64,000 nucleotides of DNA from Marsupella aquatica (lineage: Eukaryota > Plantae > Marchantiophyta), in contig OZ316897.1 of NCBI GenBank assembly GCA_973895155.1, forward strand, positions 3,239,416 through 3,303,415, written 5' to 3'. The number at the start of each line of letters is the position of its first letter. Positions within the stretch are counted from its first letter, which is position 1. Made by a program: the position numbers and the translations under genes. This document shows, one piece after another, positions 50,701 through 62,293 of the stretch. The notes below the pieces were generated by a model that saw only the letters and a list, made by a program, of their open reading frames with translations, had not been told where the DNA came from and made no database searches.

Positions 50701-52176
50701 AAAGCACCTGTAACTTGGAAGTAACCGGTAACAACGCTAAACAATCCGCAACAATTTTCATTTCCTCCATCTTCCCAGTATCGCAATCGATTCTGGACAT
50801 GGTGTGATGACCCATCTCTTCCAGCTCCACGCCCAACTGATCCATGATTGAGATTACGGTGGGAGAGCTTTCTCTCGCGATGACCTGTCCACCCAAATCA
50901 TAAACTCGGCCTGCATGCATGCAAACATAAGCCTTGACTCGTGAGACTAATATATTTCTTAATCCTTCAGTGGAATTTTGCATAAAGAAACGTACTGTGT
51001 TAGCAAGGCCATTAAAAATGCAAAAACCGGGCTACCAACGAGAAACTGCAGGAGTTCAAATCGTTGGCTAGGTAACGATTAAGATAGAACAGCGAACAAA
51101 CTGAAGTACCGAACAACATTGAGAATCTTCCATATATCCGATTATTTTTTTACCATTTAAAATAGATTGCGAATCTCCTTTTAGATATCTCCTATCCATT
51201 AGGACATATATGGGTAAGTAAGGTAGGCGAACGAGTCTGCGAGCTTCTACGCCAATCTCAACGTTCGTAGACTCACTTGACAACTCACGATGGATAGACA
51301 CAAGTGCTGCACAGGTCCATTACTCTGCATGTACAGTACTTGTTTCACAGTAGAACTGTATATCAGACATAACTGTGATTTGGAGGGAGTGTTCAGTGTT
51401 AGCAATTCTTCAAATGATGGACTACGGCAGGTTGGAAGGGATCGTCCAATTCAATGCAACAAGAGTCCTGTGTACGTGAAGATGTGGTCTTACAACGTGC
51501 AGATTGATTACGCACTCTGGGGCAGCCCATCAACCCATGCCAGTTTGTGGTGATCTTTCAAATTATTAGAATTCGACCAAATCCGTAAAGCTCTGGCAGA
51601 AGCTTAGATGAGATGTTCAACAACCACCGAAATTCGGAGAGTACAATTTATCGACCGTCTCTCTAAGTAGGTTTTGCACGTTGTGGATGAGTCCAGGGAG
51701 GGCGAGGGATACTAAATCGCTCCACTGAAGGTGCTCTTCAAGTCTAGTAAAGTTTTCCATCACGCGGGACACAATCGCAAGGACCAGTCCATTTTGGCAG
51801 CTGTTCGTTGGTTCCAGTTTTACCCTCTTAGTGTCATTTAGATGAAATTTGGATAAGCCTGTAAATTATTTCCGGGTAGTCAGTCGAAACGTTCAATGGA
51901 GGAGTGTTCAATGGGTAGAACGTTGCATATGATATCACCTAAACCCCCGTACGTAGGGAGAGAAGAGTGGATTGTACCTTCGATGAGCTCAGAGCCACAC
52001 ATGCCGCCGACTTTGTTGTGCTGCTCGAGCACCGTGACATTGTTGTAGCCCAACTTCACGAGTTGGTAGGCCGCCGACAGTCCGCTCGGCCCACCTCCAA
52101 CCACGGCGATGCGAGTGCTCAGCTTCACTGCGGGATACAGCTCCTCCCGTTGATTGCTGCGTGCCGCGAAATCCAT
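38122..52176 (-). CDS. NRPS-like lipid megasynthase: PAI-like flavoenzyme + FAAL + ACP + Pls-type TM/LbH modules with an embedded catalase-like domain; 18 exons, ~2618 aa if the 1-nt frameshift at 39427-39430 is corrected
   Basis: Exons: 52176-51978, 50910-50708, 50456-49973, 49627-49271, 48341-48175, 47986-47630, 47433-47037, 46866-46457, 46293-45917, 45296-44938, 44748-44357, 44101-43595, 43372-42713, 42484-42075, 41276-40993, 40793-40546, 40287-39995, 39875-38122. All 17 introns are GT-AG and phase-consistent, so the domains form one reading frame. The total of 7858 nt is one base off frame, localised to the last exon. Confidence 0.9.
39050..40287 (-). other. Domain 6: catalase-related (allene oxide synthase/short-catalase-like) heme domain
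   Basis: ARYIHFLGSAGKG (distal His), YPIILRCSN, EVRGGTLRL, DLFMKTG..F, YVKFKIRP, FLRDDF..RL, KFILQLQL, DPTKVWD...PYIDVAEL, FNP, GRSIMH. Confidence 0.8.
40546..43372 (-). other. Domains 4-5: two transmembrane + left-handed beta-helix (hexapeptide) modules, Pls/NRPS-terminal-domain-like
   Basis: Hydrophobic helices are followed by PLWSLSYVRWW..LRGTVFLSYWYRSLGAEID..LLSVGSGAVIGEGATIQSH..IRIGRGCVVG. The second module has LMGTEVLCVYLRSLGANVG..DPDLLDLGEECHMG..VRIGARSVVGAQSVVMPG. Confidence 0.8.
43845..44075 (-). other. Domain 3: phosphopantetheine-binding carrier (ACP/T) domain
   Basis: ITSFLIQLVAEMTG..INITESFENYSIDSQGTVAAASKLSEFLG..ISAIQIY...IPELADF. The spacing is ACP-like, with the (G)xDS Ser. 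Confidence 0.8.
44357..47986 (-). other. Domain 2: fatty acyl-AMP ligase (FAAL)-type adenylation domain
   Basis: LQFTSGSTGHAKGV, SWLPQYHDMGLIG, APNFGF, PGFGMAEN, GEIW..SPS.G.GYW, RSGDLG, GRIKDLIIVNGRNYYP.DFE, IPKTTSGKIRR. Confidence 0.92.
48175..52176 (-). other. Domain 1: FAD-binding amine-oxidase-fold domain, PUFA isomerase (PAI)-like
   Basis: RIAVVGGGPSGLSAAYQL..VTVLEQHNKVGGMC..EGRVYDLGGQ, GYGY, VKGGYSSFWEKV, and C-terminal WRYFPH...AGFYDKLEELQGKNNTYFTGALMAFE. This matches my recollection of the Cutibacterium acnes PAI termini. Confidence 0.75.
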
Positions 52177-52323
52177 GGCCCGAAGATGCTGCAGTACGCC
52201 CTTCGAGCCCTGTCTACCATACAAAAAACAGCAATCTACAACTACGCTGCAAACTAGCGTCTTAATAATGCATGCCTGACATGCCCAATGCAGAGAAATG
52301 CAGATGGAGCAAGAGCGCCTTAG

Positions 52324-52333
52324 TATATATATA
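52324..52333 (-). promoter_or_regulatory. TATA-like (TA)5 element ~150 bp upstream of the megasynthase ATG
   Basis: TATATATATA in a plausible position. The TSS is unknown. Confidence 0.3.
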
Positions 52334-53334
52334 CACATATCCAGAGAATTGTGAACAACGAGTTCTCACGAGAGTGTAGCTCTAAACTATACGGAGCAGC
52401 TGCCTATACAGCAGCCATCGTTCACCCGATCAGACTTCACCCACTGGCTGCGCAGCCTCAACTATGCAAAGGGAAGCTGCGATTTGCCCATTTTATTCGT
52501 TTGCTACACGCATACTAAATCATATAGGGGCATGTCTATGAGGAAACACTTTCCCCCTCTGTCATTGCTCGGCAGGCAGGTATCCAGTCAGACTGGTACT
52601 GTGCTTGATCGACTTATTACTTTCATCCGGGGCAAATCCAGCAAAGATAGTAACACTTAGCCACTAAAGAGATGTTCTTATTGACAATAGTGCCAATTTG
52701 TTTTGTATATTTATAAATATGCCTATAAATTTGTCAAGGTTTTGTATGTGAATGATAAAAATATTGACAATATTGTAAATTCAACATATCTTTGGTGACA
52801 ATGTACTTATTGGTGACAATGCACTTCCAAATTTAGAACATAAACTAAGAAAACAACAGGCAAAGATAGTAAATGGCATTTGCTTGGTTGTTCCCCCTTG
52901 ATTGGTATGTTGTCAGAGGACTATTCATAGAGTTACAATAGACCAACCAGATCATCTTCACATAATTATATCAAGGTGTCAAAGAACCAAAAAAAGCCAA
53001 CCCTAGACTCAAGATCCCAAAGGCAGGGAAACCATAATCTAAGACAAGGAAATCATAAATCATAATTACATGTTCTTTGTAGTTTCCTCGTTTGTTTTAT
53101 TATCATCATAGTGTGCGGTACTGCGGTAGCGATAAAATGATACTTGGAATATAATGACAAACAAGACAAAACCTCTTTTTGCTAACACGTTGGTGTCAAT
53201 ATGAGTGTTATTTGTGTAAGTTGATGCCAAAAATAGCTACGTGGATCGGTGGAAACCTTGCATGAGTGCTACAAATAAGCTGACACCATTCTCTAGAAAC
53301 AATTAATTAGTTTGTGTACCTTTAGTTGTTCTTA

Positions 53335-53436
53335 AAAGTTCAGTGACGGGTCCTTGACATATGTCAATGTACAATGATGTTTTCAAAGTTCAGTGACGGG
53401 TCCTTGACATATGTCAATGTACAATGATGTTTTCAA
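53335..53436. repeat. Perfect 2 x 50-bp tandem duplication containing the palindrome TTGACATATGTCAA
   Basis: AAAGTTCAGTGACGGGTCCTTGACATATGTCAATGTACAATGATGTTTTC at 53335 and 53385. Confidence 0.95.
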
Positions 53437-53873
53437 CAAAAAAACAAACATAACCCCTGGAAACCAATGTACAATGCTATTTTCAGCAAAAAATATACAC
53501 TACTGGTTAATGATGGTACTCAAGCTTTCCAATGACCTAACATTAACAGATTTGTTGTCACTAAATGGGATGATGTGGACACATGTGATGCTAGGGATTT
53601 GAAGAGAAATTTGCATGGGGTCAATATAATAACTACCCGTAGAGACAATTTAAGTTAAGTTCCATGAACTTCAAGTAGAGAATATTGATTCCTTTTAAAC
53701 CACCACTGGGCCATCTAAAATGAGTGTCCAAACTTTCTCACTTTTCACATTGCTCTCCTCCACTGTGAGACTTTGCTCCACAATTTGGGAGAAAGTACTA
53801 AAAATGATCAATCTGGGGGACCACATTTTTGTCTTGGCTAGTGGCGGTTTAAACTAGTCCGTGGGTCCAGCTT

Positions 53874-54319
53874 AATTTTTTTACGCATTGGTAGCCCAAT
53901 TGGTAGTATTATATTTGTTTGTTTTTATTGGCTCGTTTTCCTAGTCATCAAGCCTACCAAAACTCTCAATCTCTGAACCCTAAGTTCAATAAAACATCCC
54001 TATGTGCAAGCCTATGTGTTCTCCCACAAAACTTTGGAAGTTTTTTGTCACACCCACTTAAATGGGCCTATACTTCCTCGCACGTAATATGCCACTTCCG
54101 TGGAAGTGACCTCCCCGACCTCAATTTTTTTACGCATCGGTAATATAATATTTGTTTGCTTTTATTGGCTCGTTTTCCTAGTCATCAAGCCTACCAAAAC
54201 TCTCAATCTCTTAACCCTATGTTCAATAAAACATCCCTTATGTGTTCTTCCATTTTGTCACACTCATTTAAATGGGCCTATACTTCCTCGCACGTGATAT
54301 GCCACTTCCGTGGAAGTGA
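53874..54319. repeat. Tandem duplication of a ~200-240-bp unit ending in the hairpin CACTTCC-GT-GGAAGTG; followed by a poly(C) run
   Basis: Near-identical TTTATTGGCTCGTTTTCCTAGTCATCAAGCCTACCAAAACTCTCAATCTCT and AAATGGGCCTATACTTCCTCGCACGT in both copies. Confidence 0.9.
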
Positions 54320-56099
54320 GCCGCTGCCCCCCCCCCCCCCCACAGGCAAAAACTGATCTCTTACAAAACTTAACGGGAAGCTAAATCAAGCATGGACTCT
54401 ATCTATACTTTCAAACTTAATTTTCACGTACATGTTATTCATCATAATAATTGATCAAAAAATTTCAAATTTATAGCATTATCATAGTTGGATGTGAGAA
54501 TACTAGTATGTTAATATTTTACCACAACACCTAAAGCTTCTTATTTGAAGAATCACAAGAATAATGAGAGATTTTCTCCAATCTTGACCAAAATGTAATG
54601 TTAGGATTTACTCTTAGGTCTAGAGTTACAACTGTACCATAGTTAAGGCTAACCTTAGTTGCAGACTTGGTTAGGTTAGTCATGCTATGCACACTCTATA
54701 ACCAAGCGGTGTTTGCTTGGAGAGTAGGAACTCAGGCTCATTGTTATGGAGCTAGTTGAGAGATGGAGAGAGCTTGCGCTGTGGATGCTTGGTATGGCTG
54801 GTCGGCCTAGAGCGCAGTAAAGCTCATGTGTGTTCCCATGGATGTAGCCTCATGTGGAGGTGAACCACGTATCTCTCTGTGTCGACTCTTGTGCGTTGGA
54901 TGGTTCATGGGCTTGCCGTTGCGATTGTCGTCTATGCTCAACAAAACATTAGTAGTTTGCATTCTATTTGTAGAAAGCACTGCTCTTGGTAGGTTCATGT
55001 GCCTTCTATAATTTTGTTTCATATTGTTAGGGTTATCTTAGCAGATTACATATTAAGAAAGTGAAATTTGCCCTTTGCTGGATTCCAAAAATGAGGAAGT
55101 TAGCTCTTAGTACCAAAAGTTATTCACTTAAGTTGATTATCAATTGGGTACAGGGCAGCTATCACTTCCTGCTCAACACAATCAAGGAATAACATGCTCC
55201 CTTGACTATAACCTGCCTGCATCTGCTCTTTCCACATCATCTTTGCAATCTAAAAGTTACTGACAAATTAGTAGACCAATATGCTTAGACTTTGGTTTGT
55301 AGTTTTTGGATAGTAACTAAGTCCAAATAAACCGTTTATATGGTGCATCTATGGTACATCTATGTTTTGATACGAATTAGTGTACCATTTCTTTAGTTAC
55401 TATTTTAGCTTTATGGGGTTCTGACTCCCAGGGTTCTTTGTCAATTGTGAAGCACTTTTTAATTGGGCTTAGTTTTGCTACTAGCACTCCCAACCCACCG
55501 CATCCAAGGCAAAGATCCAAAAAGTGTGTTCTAAATGTGATTCAAAGCTGATGGACTGGCCAAACTCAAGTCATCACCTCACTATATTTACTCTTTCAAA
55601 GCAAAATTAACAAAACTACCACCTAGTTTCTAAGAAGCAGGATGCCCTGCAGACTACTTGGAAGTGGTCTAAGCAAATCCATGGACAGGACACGCCGCAT
55701 AGAATTCTCAAATATATGGACGGTAGAATGGGTGCCCCTCCATGCAAATAGTTGATTGAGGTGGGATTTGAAAATCAGTACACCCTCACCATGGACCAGA
55801 TTTTCAGGGCCCCATGATATATATATATCATGGGGCAAGTACTTCAACGTCCTACTACTCAAGTTATATAAGTAAGGGAAAAGAACCCAAAAATACAAAT
55901 CTAAACTAAGAGATTCATGGAAACTCTGGGAATCTATAAAATCTAACTCCAGAAGTGACTGAATGTTGGTCTTGTCTTGGAAGTCTTATCTCCAAATTAA
56001 TTATTAAAGCATTTGTCTTTGAAATGTGGCTCCCTGGCTCCCTTGATTGTTTCAATTGATTGTCGTTGGGGTGCTTAACTCTCCAAATAGTTATGCACA

Positions 56100-56465
56100 A
56101 ACTGAATTAGTATTCCCCTTACTCTCCAAGTAGTGTTATGAACAACTGAATTAGTATTACACTAATGTTATGCATGAGCTATTAGTGTTAGTCCCTAAAG
56201 TTAATTAACCGTACGTACACCCAAGAATTGTAGGCTACACAAATAGCGTTACCAAGACTAATTGTGATGAGCATTGTAGAGTGGAGCTATGGACTAGGCA
56301 TGTTTTTCTTGTTACTTTTAAAATAGTAGCCAAGGTGACACGTACATTACATCAGGTTGTTCTCGTTTTTAAACATTCATTAGCCAAGGTGACGACTTTT
56401 ACTGTCAATTACAGAGTACTACTTTTTGAATAGTAGCCAAGGTGACTACTTTTACTGTCAATTAG
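56100..56465 (+). repeat. Second copy of the 17960-18180 repeat, followed by 3 x TAGCCAAGGTGAC units
   Basis: Direct comparison with 17960-18180. TAGCCAAGGTGAC occurs at ~56327, 56381 and 56434. Confidence 0.65.
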
Positions 56466-57152
56466 AGACGACTCTGACAATTGTAGAGTACTCAATACAA
56501 AATGAAACAGGTTTAATTTTTTTTTAAATAGCATGAGTGTCATTTGCCTGAATGTATAATTACAAAATGATTGCAGGAGTTTTGCTCTTGAAAATTCACA
56601 AAATAATTTTCATCTGGTCGCTGTCTAAAATATGAAAAAATTAATCACCTCCTTATTCCTTGTAGTCCTAAAGCAATAGGGGAGTCCCTTGCTTTTTGGC
56701 TCGTTGCTTTGCTGAGGTTTTTCCGTGTGTTCTCCTTTCGACCTGGTCTCTGGCCTGTGTGACCCTGTTTCCAGGTTTCTGGAGCTTTGTGTTCACTTGG
56801 CCCCTTTTTGGTATTTGGCAGTATGGTATAGTTTGAGAGTTTTTCCCTTGTGTTTCCCTTGGGTCTCTGGCAGGCCTCTGAGATCCTGGCGCTCTTTGTT
56901 TATTGGGTCTCTGGCCTGTGGGATATTGTCACCACGTGTTTTGGAGCTTTCTGGTTTTGGCAATGTGATATATAATTGTAAGTGTTCTTCCCTTGTGGTC
57001 TCCCATTTTATTGGGTCTTTGGCTTATGGGATCCTGTGGTCAGCTTATGGCGCTTTGGTCGTTGGCAGTGTGATATAGAATTCGAATGTTGGACACAATA
57101 ATAATTCATCCACAAAATTGGGAGTCCACAGTGCTGGAATTGTCAACAGCAT

Positions 57153-57248
57153 GGACCAGCTAGGATGAACCTAGGACTTCCAGTGTACATCATAGTGCTC
57201 TACCACTGAGAGTGTACATCATAGTGCTCTACCACTAAGCCACAGGCC
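57153..57248 (-). mobile_element. tRNA-derived SINE head or tRNA pseudogene with an internal 29-bp duplication
   Basis: The minus strand reads GGCCTG-TGGCTTAGTGG (A box)-TAGAGCAC...GAAGTC-CTAGG-TTCAT-CCTAG (T arm, degenerate B box)-CTGGTCC. Segment 57182-57210 is repeated at 57211-57239. Confidence 0.65.
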
Positions 57249-59971
57249 GCTCATTTCCAACACACGGGACTTGCTGGCTCCACTCCATGAATCGCGATCT
57301 GCAATTCCTGGAGCACCGTCTGAGAAAGTGAAGGTTGTCGATGGGGCCTCGCCTCACCATATTTGTCCTTCCTATAGTCAATCGAAATAAAGGGCAGATG
57401 CTGGGGGAGGCGGTGGGTTCGCAGGGAGGCTCAACAAAGTATGATTTAAACTGAACACGAACTGCTTAGAGCCACGGAAGCTGTCCAGAGCTGATTGTTG
57501 CTACGTTAGACCTTGATTACCCACACCATTCTCCCATTGCTGCTGTTGAACTGTTCAAGAAGTAATAAGCTGGCAAGATCTGAATGTACATGAGCGTTCA
57601 ACACTAGAAACTTGGTTCACCGATCAGGGCCCGAAAGTTTTACTAACTGCAAGTTATATTCTCTTTGTCGGAAAACTTATTCAATCGATCTCTTGCAATG
57701 TTCAACATTACTGATTGCAATCATCAAACCTCGATTCTCATTCGTTGTCTTGCCTGAAATATCACCAAGTGAACTGTAACCTTTGAAATCCTTATGACGA
57801 CAGTACGATCTCTCCAGTCTCCACCGTGCAGGCTCAGAGACATGCACTCTGGATGAGACTAAAACCTGTCCACTGGAAAAGTTAAATCTCAGGCTGCGAG
57901 TCCCATCAGAACATTCCATGTGTCATCCTGCCTTGCGCGCTCTTACCCATGATCAATATGCAAACAGCTGCTCCAGACGCTGCCACCCACCCAATTGTAG
58001 CTCCATTGAAGATCGACCTGCCTGATTCCATTACTGGATGGACGGACTGGTCTACTGTAGGTGGGAGAGGAGGCACAACCACAGCCATGGCCTGCTTCCC
58101 CGGAATCTTGACTGCCATCCACCCGGCCTGGCCCACTTTCTCGCCTCGGAGGAAAACCTACCTCAGGATAGCATCTTCCGGCCGTTCATCTATATATGAG
58201 TTACGTAGAACACACACAAAAGGTGGGAAGCAGGAATATACTCACTTTACATTGGGAAATTTTTGTCGTTCGAGAAAAGATTACAATGTCCGTGATAAAG
58301 CTGGCCGGGGTCAAGCTTTGCAATTATTGTTGTCATAACAGTTTCAGTCACGTGCTTGACCAGAATAACCTTAGTTTGCGGAAATTTAGACTTAGTGCAG
58401 CGTATAAGTTGAATGCATGATCATTCCCTTTCAAACTCTATAATGTAACTACTGCACATGCATTGAGATTTACTGGTGAGATTATCTAATTAATCATAAC
58501 CACTATTCTAAAATTCACTAGACGAGCTGTGATAAAATTTACTCGCAAACAAACTCATGGGTTCTTCTAGTCGTCGAAGCCTATCAGTACATACAACCCA
58601 GTCTCATCTCGCTGGAATTTTCTTCGCCAAGAACTCAACCCTGACTGCTGAGGCTCGTCATCAACCGAAGTACGAACCACCTGTACATACCTGCGCATGG
58701 CAGATCGGATACATTCACAAATTGCTCATTTAATTTCGGGGGAAGAAACAGCACGTTTCGTCTTTGTTTACCGGCGGTGTAGATGCTGGCTGTTACGACT
58801 TTCAACGCAGTATTTGTTTTTTCTGGTGAATGTTAAGTTCCATGATCCCCGAAGCTCCAATTGATGACTAACACGACAATCGTGACAGGGAATTTAGTTT
58901 TATATTAAAGTATCTTAAATTTATGTCAGTGCGTGCATCTAGTTGCAATTACACATGCCTTTGTCGTCTTGGAGCCGGGTAGCTGTTGCGTACTACTCTT
59001 GTCCCATCCCCAAGCCTGATCAATTTTTCATGTAAAGCAAAGCTTTGCTCTGGCAGTACTACTGCCGACCTTGCATTTGATCTGCCGTTGTTTCGCGTCC
59101 TGCCTTCATGTGTATCTCGTGCTAGATGTTGATTTCTAAAAAGTGTAAGTTTTGTCAACATTTCTAATCATCTACCAGACTACTCCAAGTAATTGGACTT
59201 GAAGGATCTATTATTGATTTGCGAAGGGACGGTACGTAACCTGACCTGTACTGGAATGGATGTGTTCTGTAAAGAGAATTATTACTGAGTGGACTAGTGG
59301 AGAGCAGAACGGCCAGACAAGCTAAGGTCGTAAATATGCAATCCAATGTGCAGGTTCCATTTTACAGAAAGAACAGTTTCTCATGTGGTGATCGTTTGAA
59401 TGGGATCGTACAATGTCCAACGATCGTAAGGGTGCATGATAAACACGATAGCTACAGTAGAACACACTTCGCAGAACGCAGTGAACCGCCAACGGTGTTC
59501 AGTTTGCACTACAAGGTTTTCAACAGGAATACAAATAAGAACGAGTCCCCGTCAAACAAATATTCAATATACATACTTAGTTATGGTGAAATAGAAAGTC
59601 AAGAGACAAATATCAAGCTAAGAGTTAAAACAAAACATCATGTTAAACGGCTTAGGCGGATCAAATATGTTATGCGCCCTTGGGATAATTGCAAGAATGC
59701 GCCCTTGGGATAGTTGTAATAATTATATAAAAACAAAAAATAGAAACCATCCTTGCCATGCTGGTAAAAGAAAAAAGAAAAAACAGTGTTACCTACATAA
59801 TTGTCAGGTTATTCTTCACTTTATGAAATATGGCTCATGTTGTTAGCCTTCGAAGAGAATGAACGCCACCTCATCTAAGAGAATGGCGTCGCTCGAATTT
59901 CACATCAAATTGTGACAACATATGGTGTTCTGTGTCACTCCATAGTTACCATGATACGCAACATTAATTTG

Positions 59972-60112
59972 TTGAACTGAGTGTTATTCTACATACGTAT
60001 GTATCTGGCTGTCTGTTTTTGATGTGTCTGTATCGCAAAATTATTTTCTTGAACTGAGTGTTATTCTACATACGTATGTATCTGGCTGATTGTTTTTGAT
60101 GTGTCTGTATCG
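59972..60112. repeat. Tandem duplication with a 77-bp period
   Basis: TTGAACTGAGTGTTATTCTACATACGTATGTATCTGGCTG..TGTTTTTGATGTGTCTGTATCG at 59972 and 60049. Confidence 0.9.
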
Positions 60113-62272
60113 GAATTACCGGGACTCAAGAGAATGCTCACAACACTAGGCTAGTCACATAAATATTGTTCCAATAATAATAAAAACCTTACTCCCAGGC
60201 TCTCCTTTCTAAAGTAGACAAAATTGAAAATTATCACTCGGCTATGTTTTAAAAAAAAAAGGACTAGATCTCTTGAACAATAATAAGAAAAGGACCAGCA
60301 GCAGCGCATAAGCTGGGTAGAGATAGCTTGCTATCTGTATGTCTAAATAGAGAATAACATTTAGGCTTGTAGTCAGACCCAGCGAAAGGATCAACGCTCT
60401 GCTTAATTCCTGAAATTTCCGCAGCCCACGGAAATTGAGATGGGCTGTCCCATGGTTCCCAGCTATATATGTCTAAGCTAAGTTAGTTTAATTTTCATAC
60501 TATGGAGTGTCCATTTTGCATCCCTTGGTTAAGTCTTGAAAGGCTTCCGGCCATTCAATGCAAGCTTCATCGCGTTTGATTGAGTCATGGCTTGCCACAT
60601 ACGACTTCGTAGATGGGACGTTATGTCTAGCTTGCCACCTCAAGTACGTGTCAAGAGAAAGTTGGCATACACTGATATGGAATTCACCCGGGATCTCATT
60701 TATTCGGTTTCTTACAAGCTTCATAATAGACTACAGTACCAAATTTCATAAAAGGCTGCTGAATATTGACATCGGATGGATGATAACGATCCTCAGAAGT
60801 TTGTGCGAGTGAGAGCATGCCAGAACTCTTGCAGGAAAGGTGAGAAATTGAATGATAATGCGTCACAGTTTCATTGGAACGGCAAGTACAAGTACAATAG
60901 ATGTGAGAAACACATCAGAATTTAATCCCCGCTAAAAGGCGGAGGTGAAAACAACTAAGTAAGAGCTAAGTGCGAAACCGGGTGCGGAACAAGTGGAGAC
61001 GCACCTGGCCGGTGCACCAGGTTTCACTCAAATCGGAAGATCAAAAAGAGAGGATAAACAACGGTTTGCATTCATTGTGTCAATTCTATTAGAAAAGGTA
61101 CAAGATGGTAGGCCACCTAGTTCCAAGAACGGTTGGCGAGTTTCCAAATTAATGGGGTAACTTAGACTATTAGGTGGGCTATGGTACAAGTTGGCCCACC
61201 ATCTCTTATAGGCCATTAGAGAATCATTAATAAGCACGAGGGAATCATAGAACTCTTGTTGTCTTGACCAGGCAGCAAAGGGGCTACCACTCGAGGCTGC
61301 CACTCAGTGTATAAACCCTTCGATATCTCAATGGAAAACACAGGAATTTAACATTGTTGAGCTCCTGGACTTCTAACAAACTCAACGTCAACCCAAATTT
61401 CATGATTAGGGTCGTCCATGCTCAAAGCTGATAGATCAGTGCATCAAGAAGCTGTATAGTATCGGTACAAGCTTTCAAACTACGAGCAGCCACAGAGAAA
61501 ATATATTTCATGAGAAACTCACAAAACCTGTCAACAGCTTGTCGCCTCACTGTAGTTCTTTCCTGTATTTTGAATTGATTTCAGCATTCGTCGTCTAACG
61601 CCTATTGCTACAAGACTTGGATGTACAATGCGAGTAGTTTCTTCTCATATTACTTCAAACTGAAGTATCCGTTCAGACCTCCTCCTAGAAATGCAATTTT
61701 TGCTGGAAGGAATATTTTTATAAAAAAAATTCCGGGGGGAACCAGTGCCGTCCACCACAGGAGAAATGCAAGCCAAGAAACACAAGATGAACAAATGCAA
61801 TTTTGCATTCAGTTGGTGTCAACTAGATCGGCAACGCCGTCTTTCTCGCACAGCTGTTTAAGTATAAGAATATATTTTATAACAACAAATGTGGGGAGAG
61901 AAATATGAATGTACTAATTTGGCGGGTAATTTGGTCACCCTAGCTAGCAAGTCAAGTACTCCTCAAGGATATTTCTTCATATGCTCAACGGAAATCAAAA
62001 GGTAATCCGGGAGCTTGGCATGCCAGCAAATATGTAGCCATACTGATGACAACCACTGTCTAGTAGGATTGGGCAAAAAAGCTGATCGAACGTGATCCGT
62101 TGCAATAATACTCCCCAGGCAGACAGGACTGTTTTCCATTTCCCCTTTCTCTATGGGTGTGCTCCCCCTCTCAGCCCCCTTAATTCGTTTTTTCTGCTGC
62201 CTTCCCCCTCCAGGCAGTTTGTATTGTTTTGGTTCATGGGAATAAAGTTTCACGGGCTCGTACCGTTAAAAG

Positions 62273-62293
62273 AATAATAATAATAATAATAAT
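62273..62293. repeat. (AAT)7 microsatellite
   Basis: Read directly. Confidence 0.9.

Noticed and set aside
30131-52176. HIBADH plus the megasynthase (and the NAC gene) as a biosynthetic gene cluster
   Set aside because: HIBADH is a normal mitochondrial valine-catabolism enzyme. Co-orientation alone is no evidence, and no co-expression data are available.
38122-52176. Bacterial contamination explaining the NRPS-like gene
   Set aside because: It has seventeen canonical spliceosomal introns and is contiguous with plant genes.
56324-56465. TAGCCAAGGTGAC x3 resembling miR169
   Set aside because: The match is only partial with a deletion, the copies are direct repeats, and no star arm or hairpin is visible.
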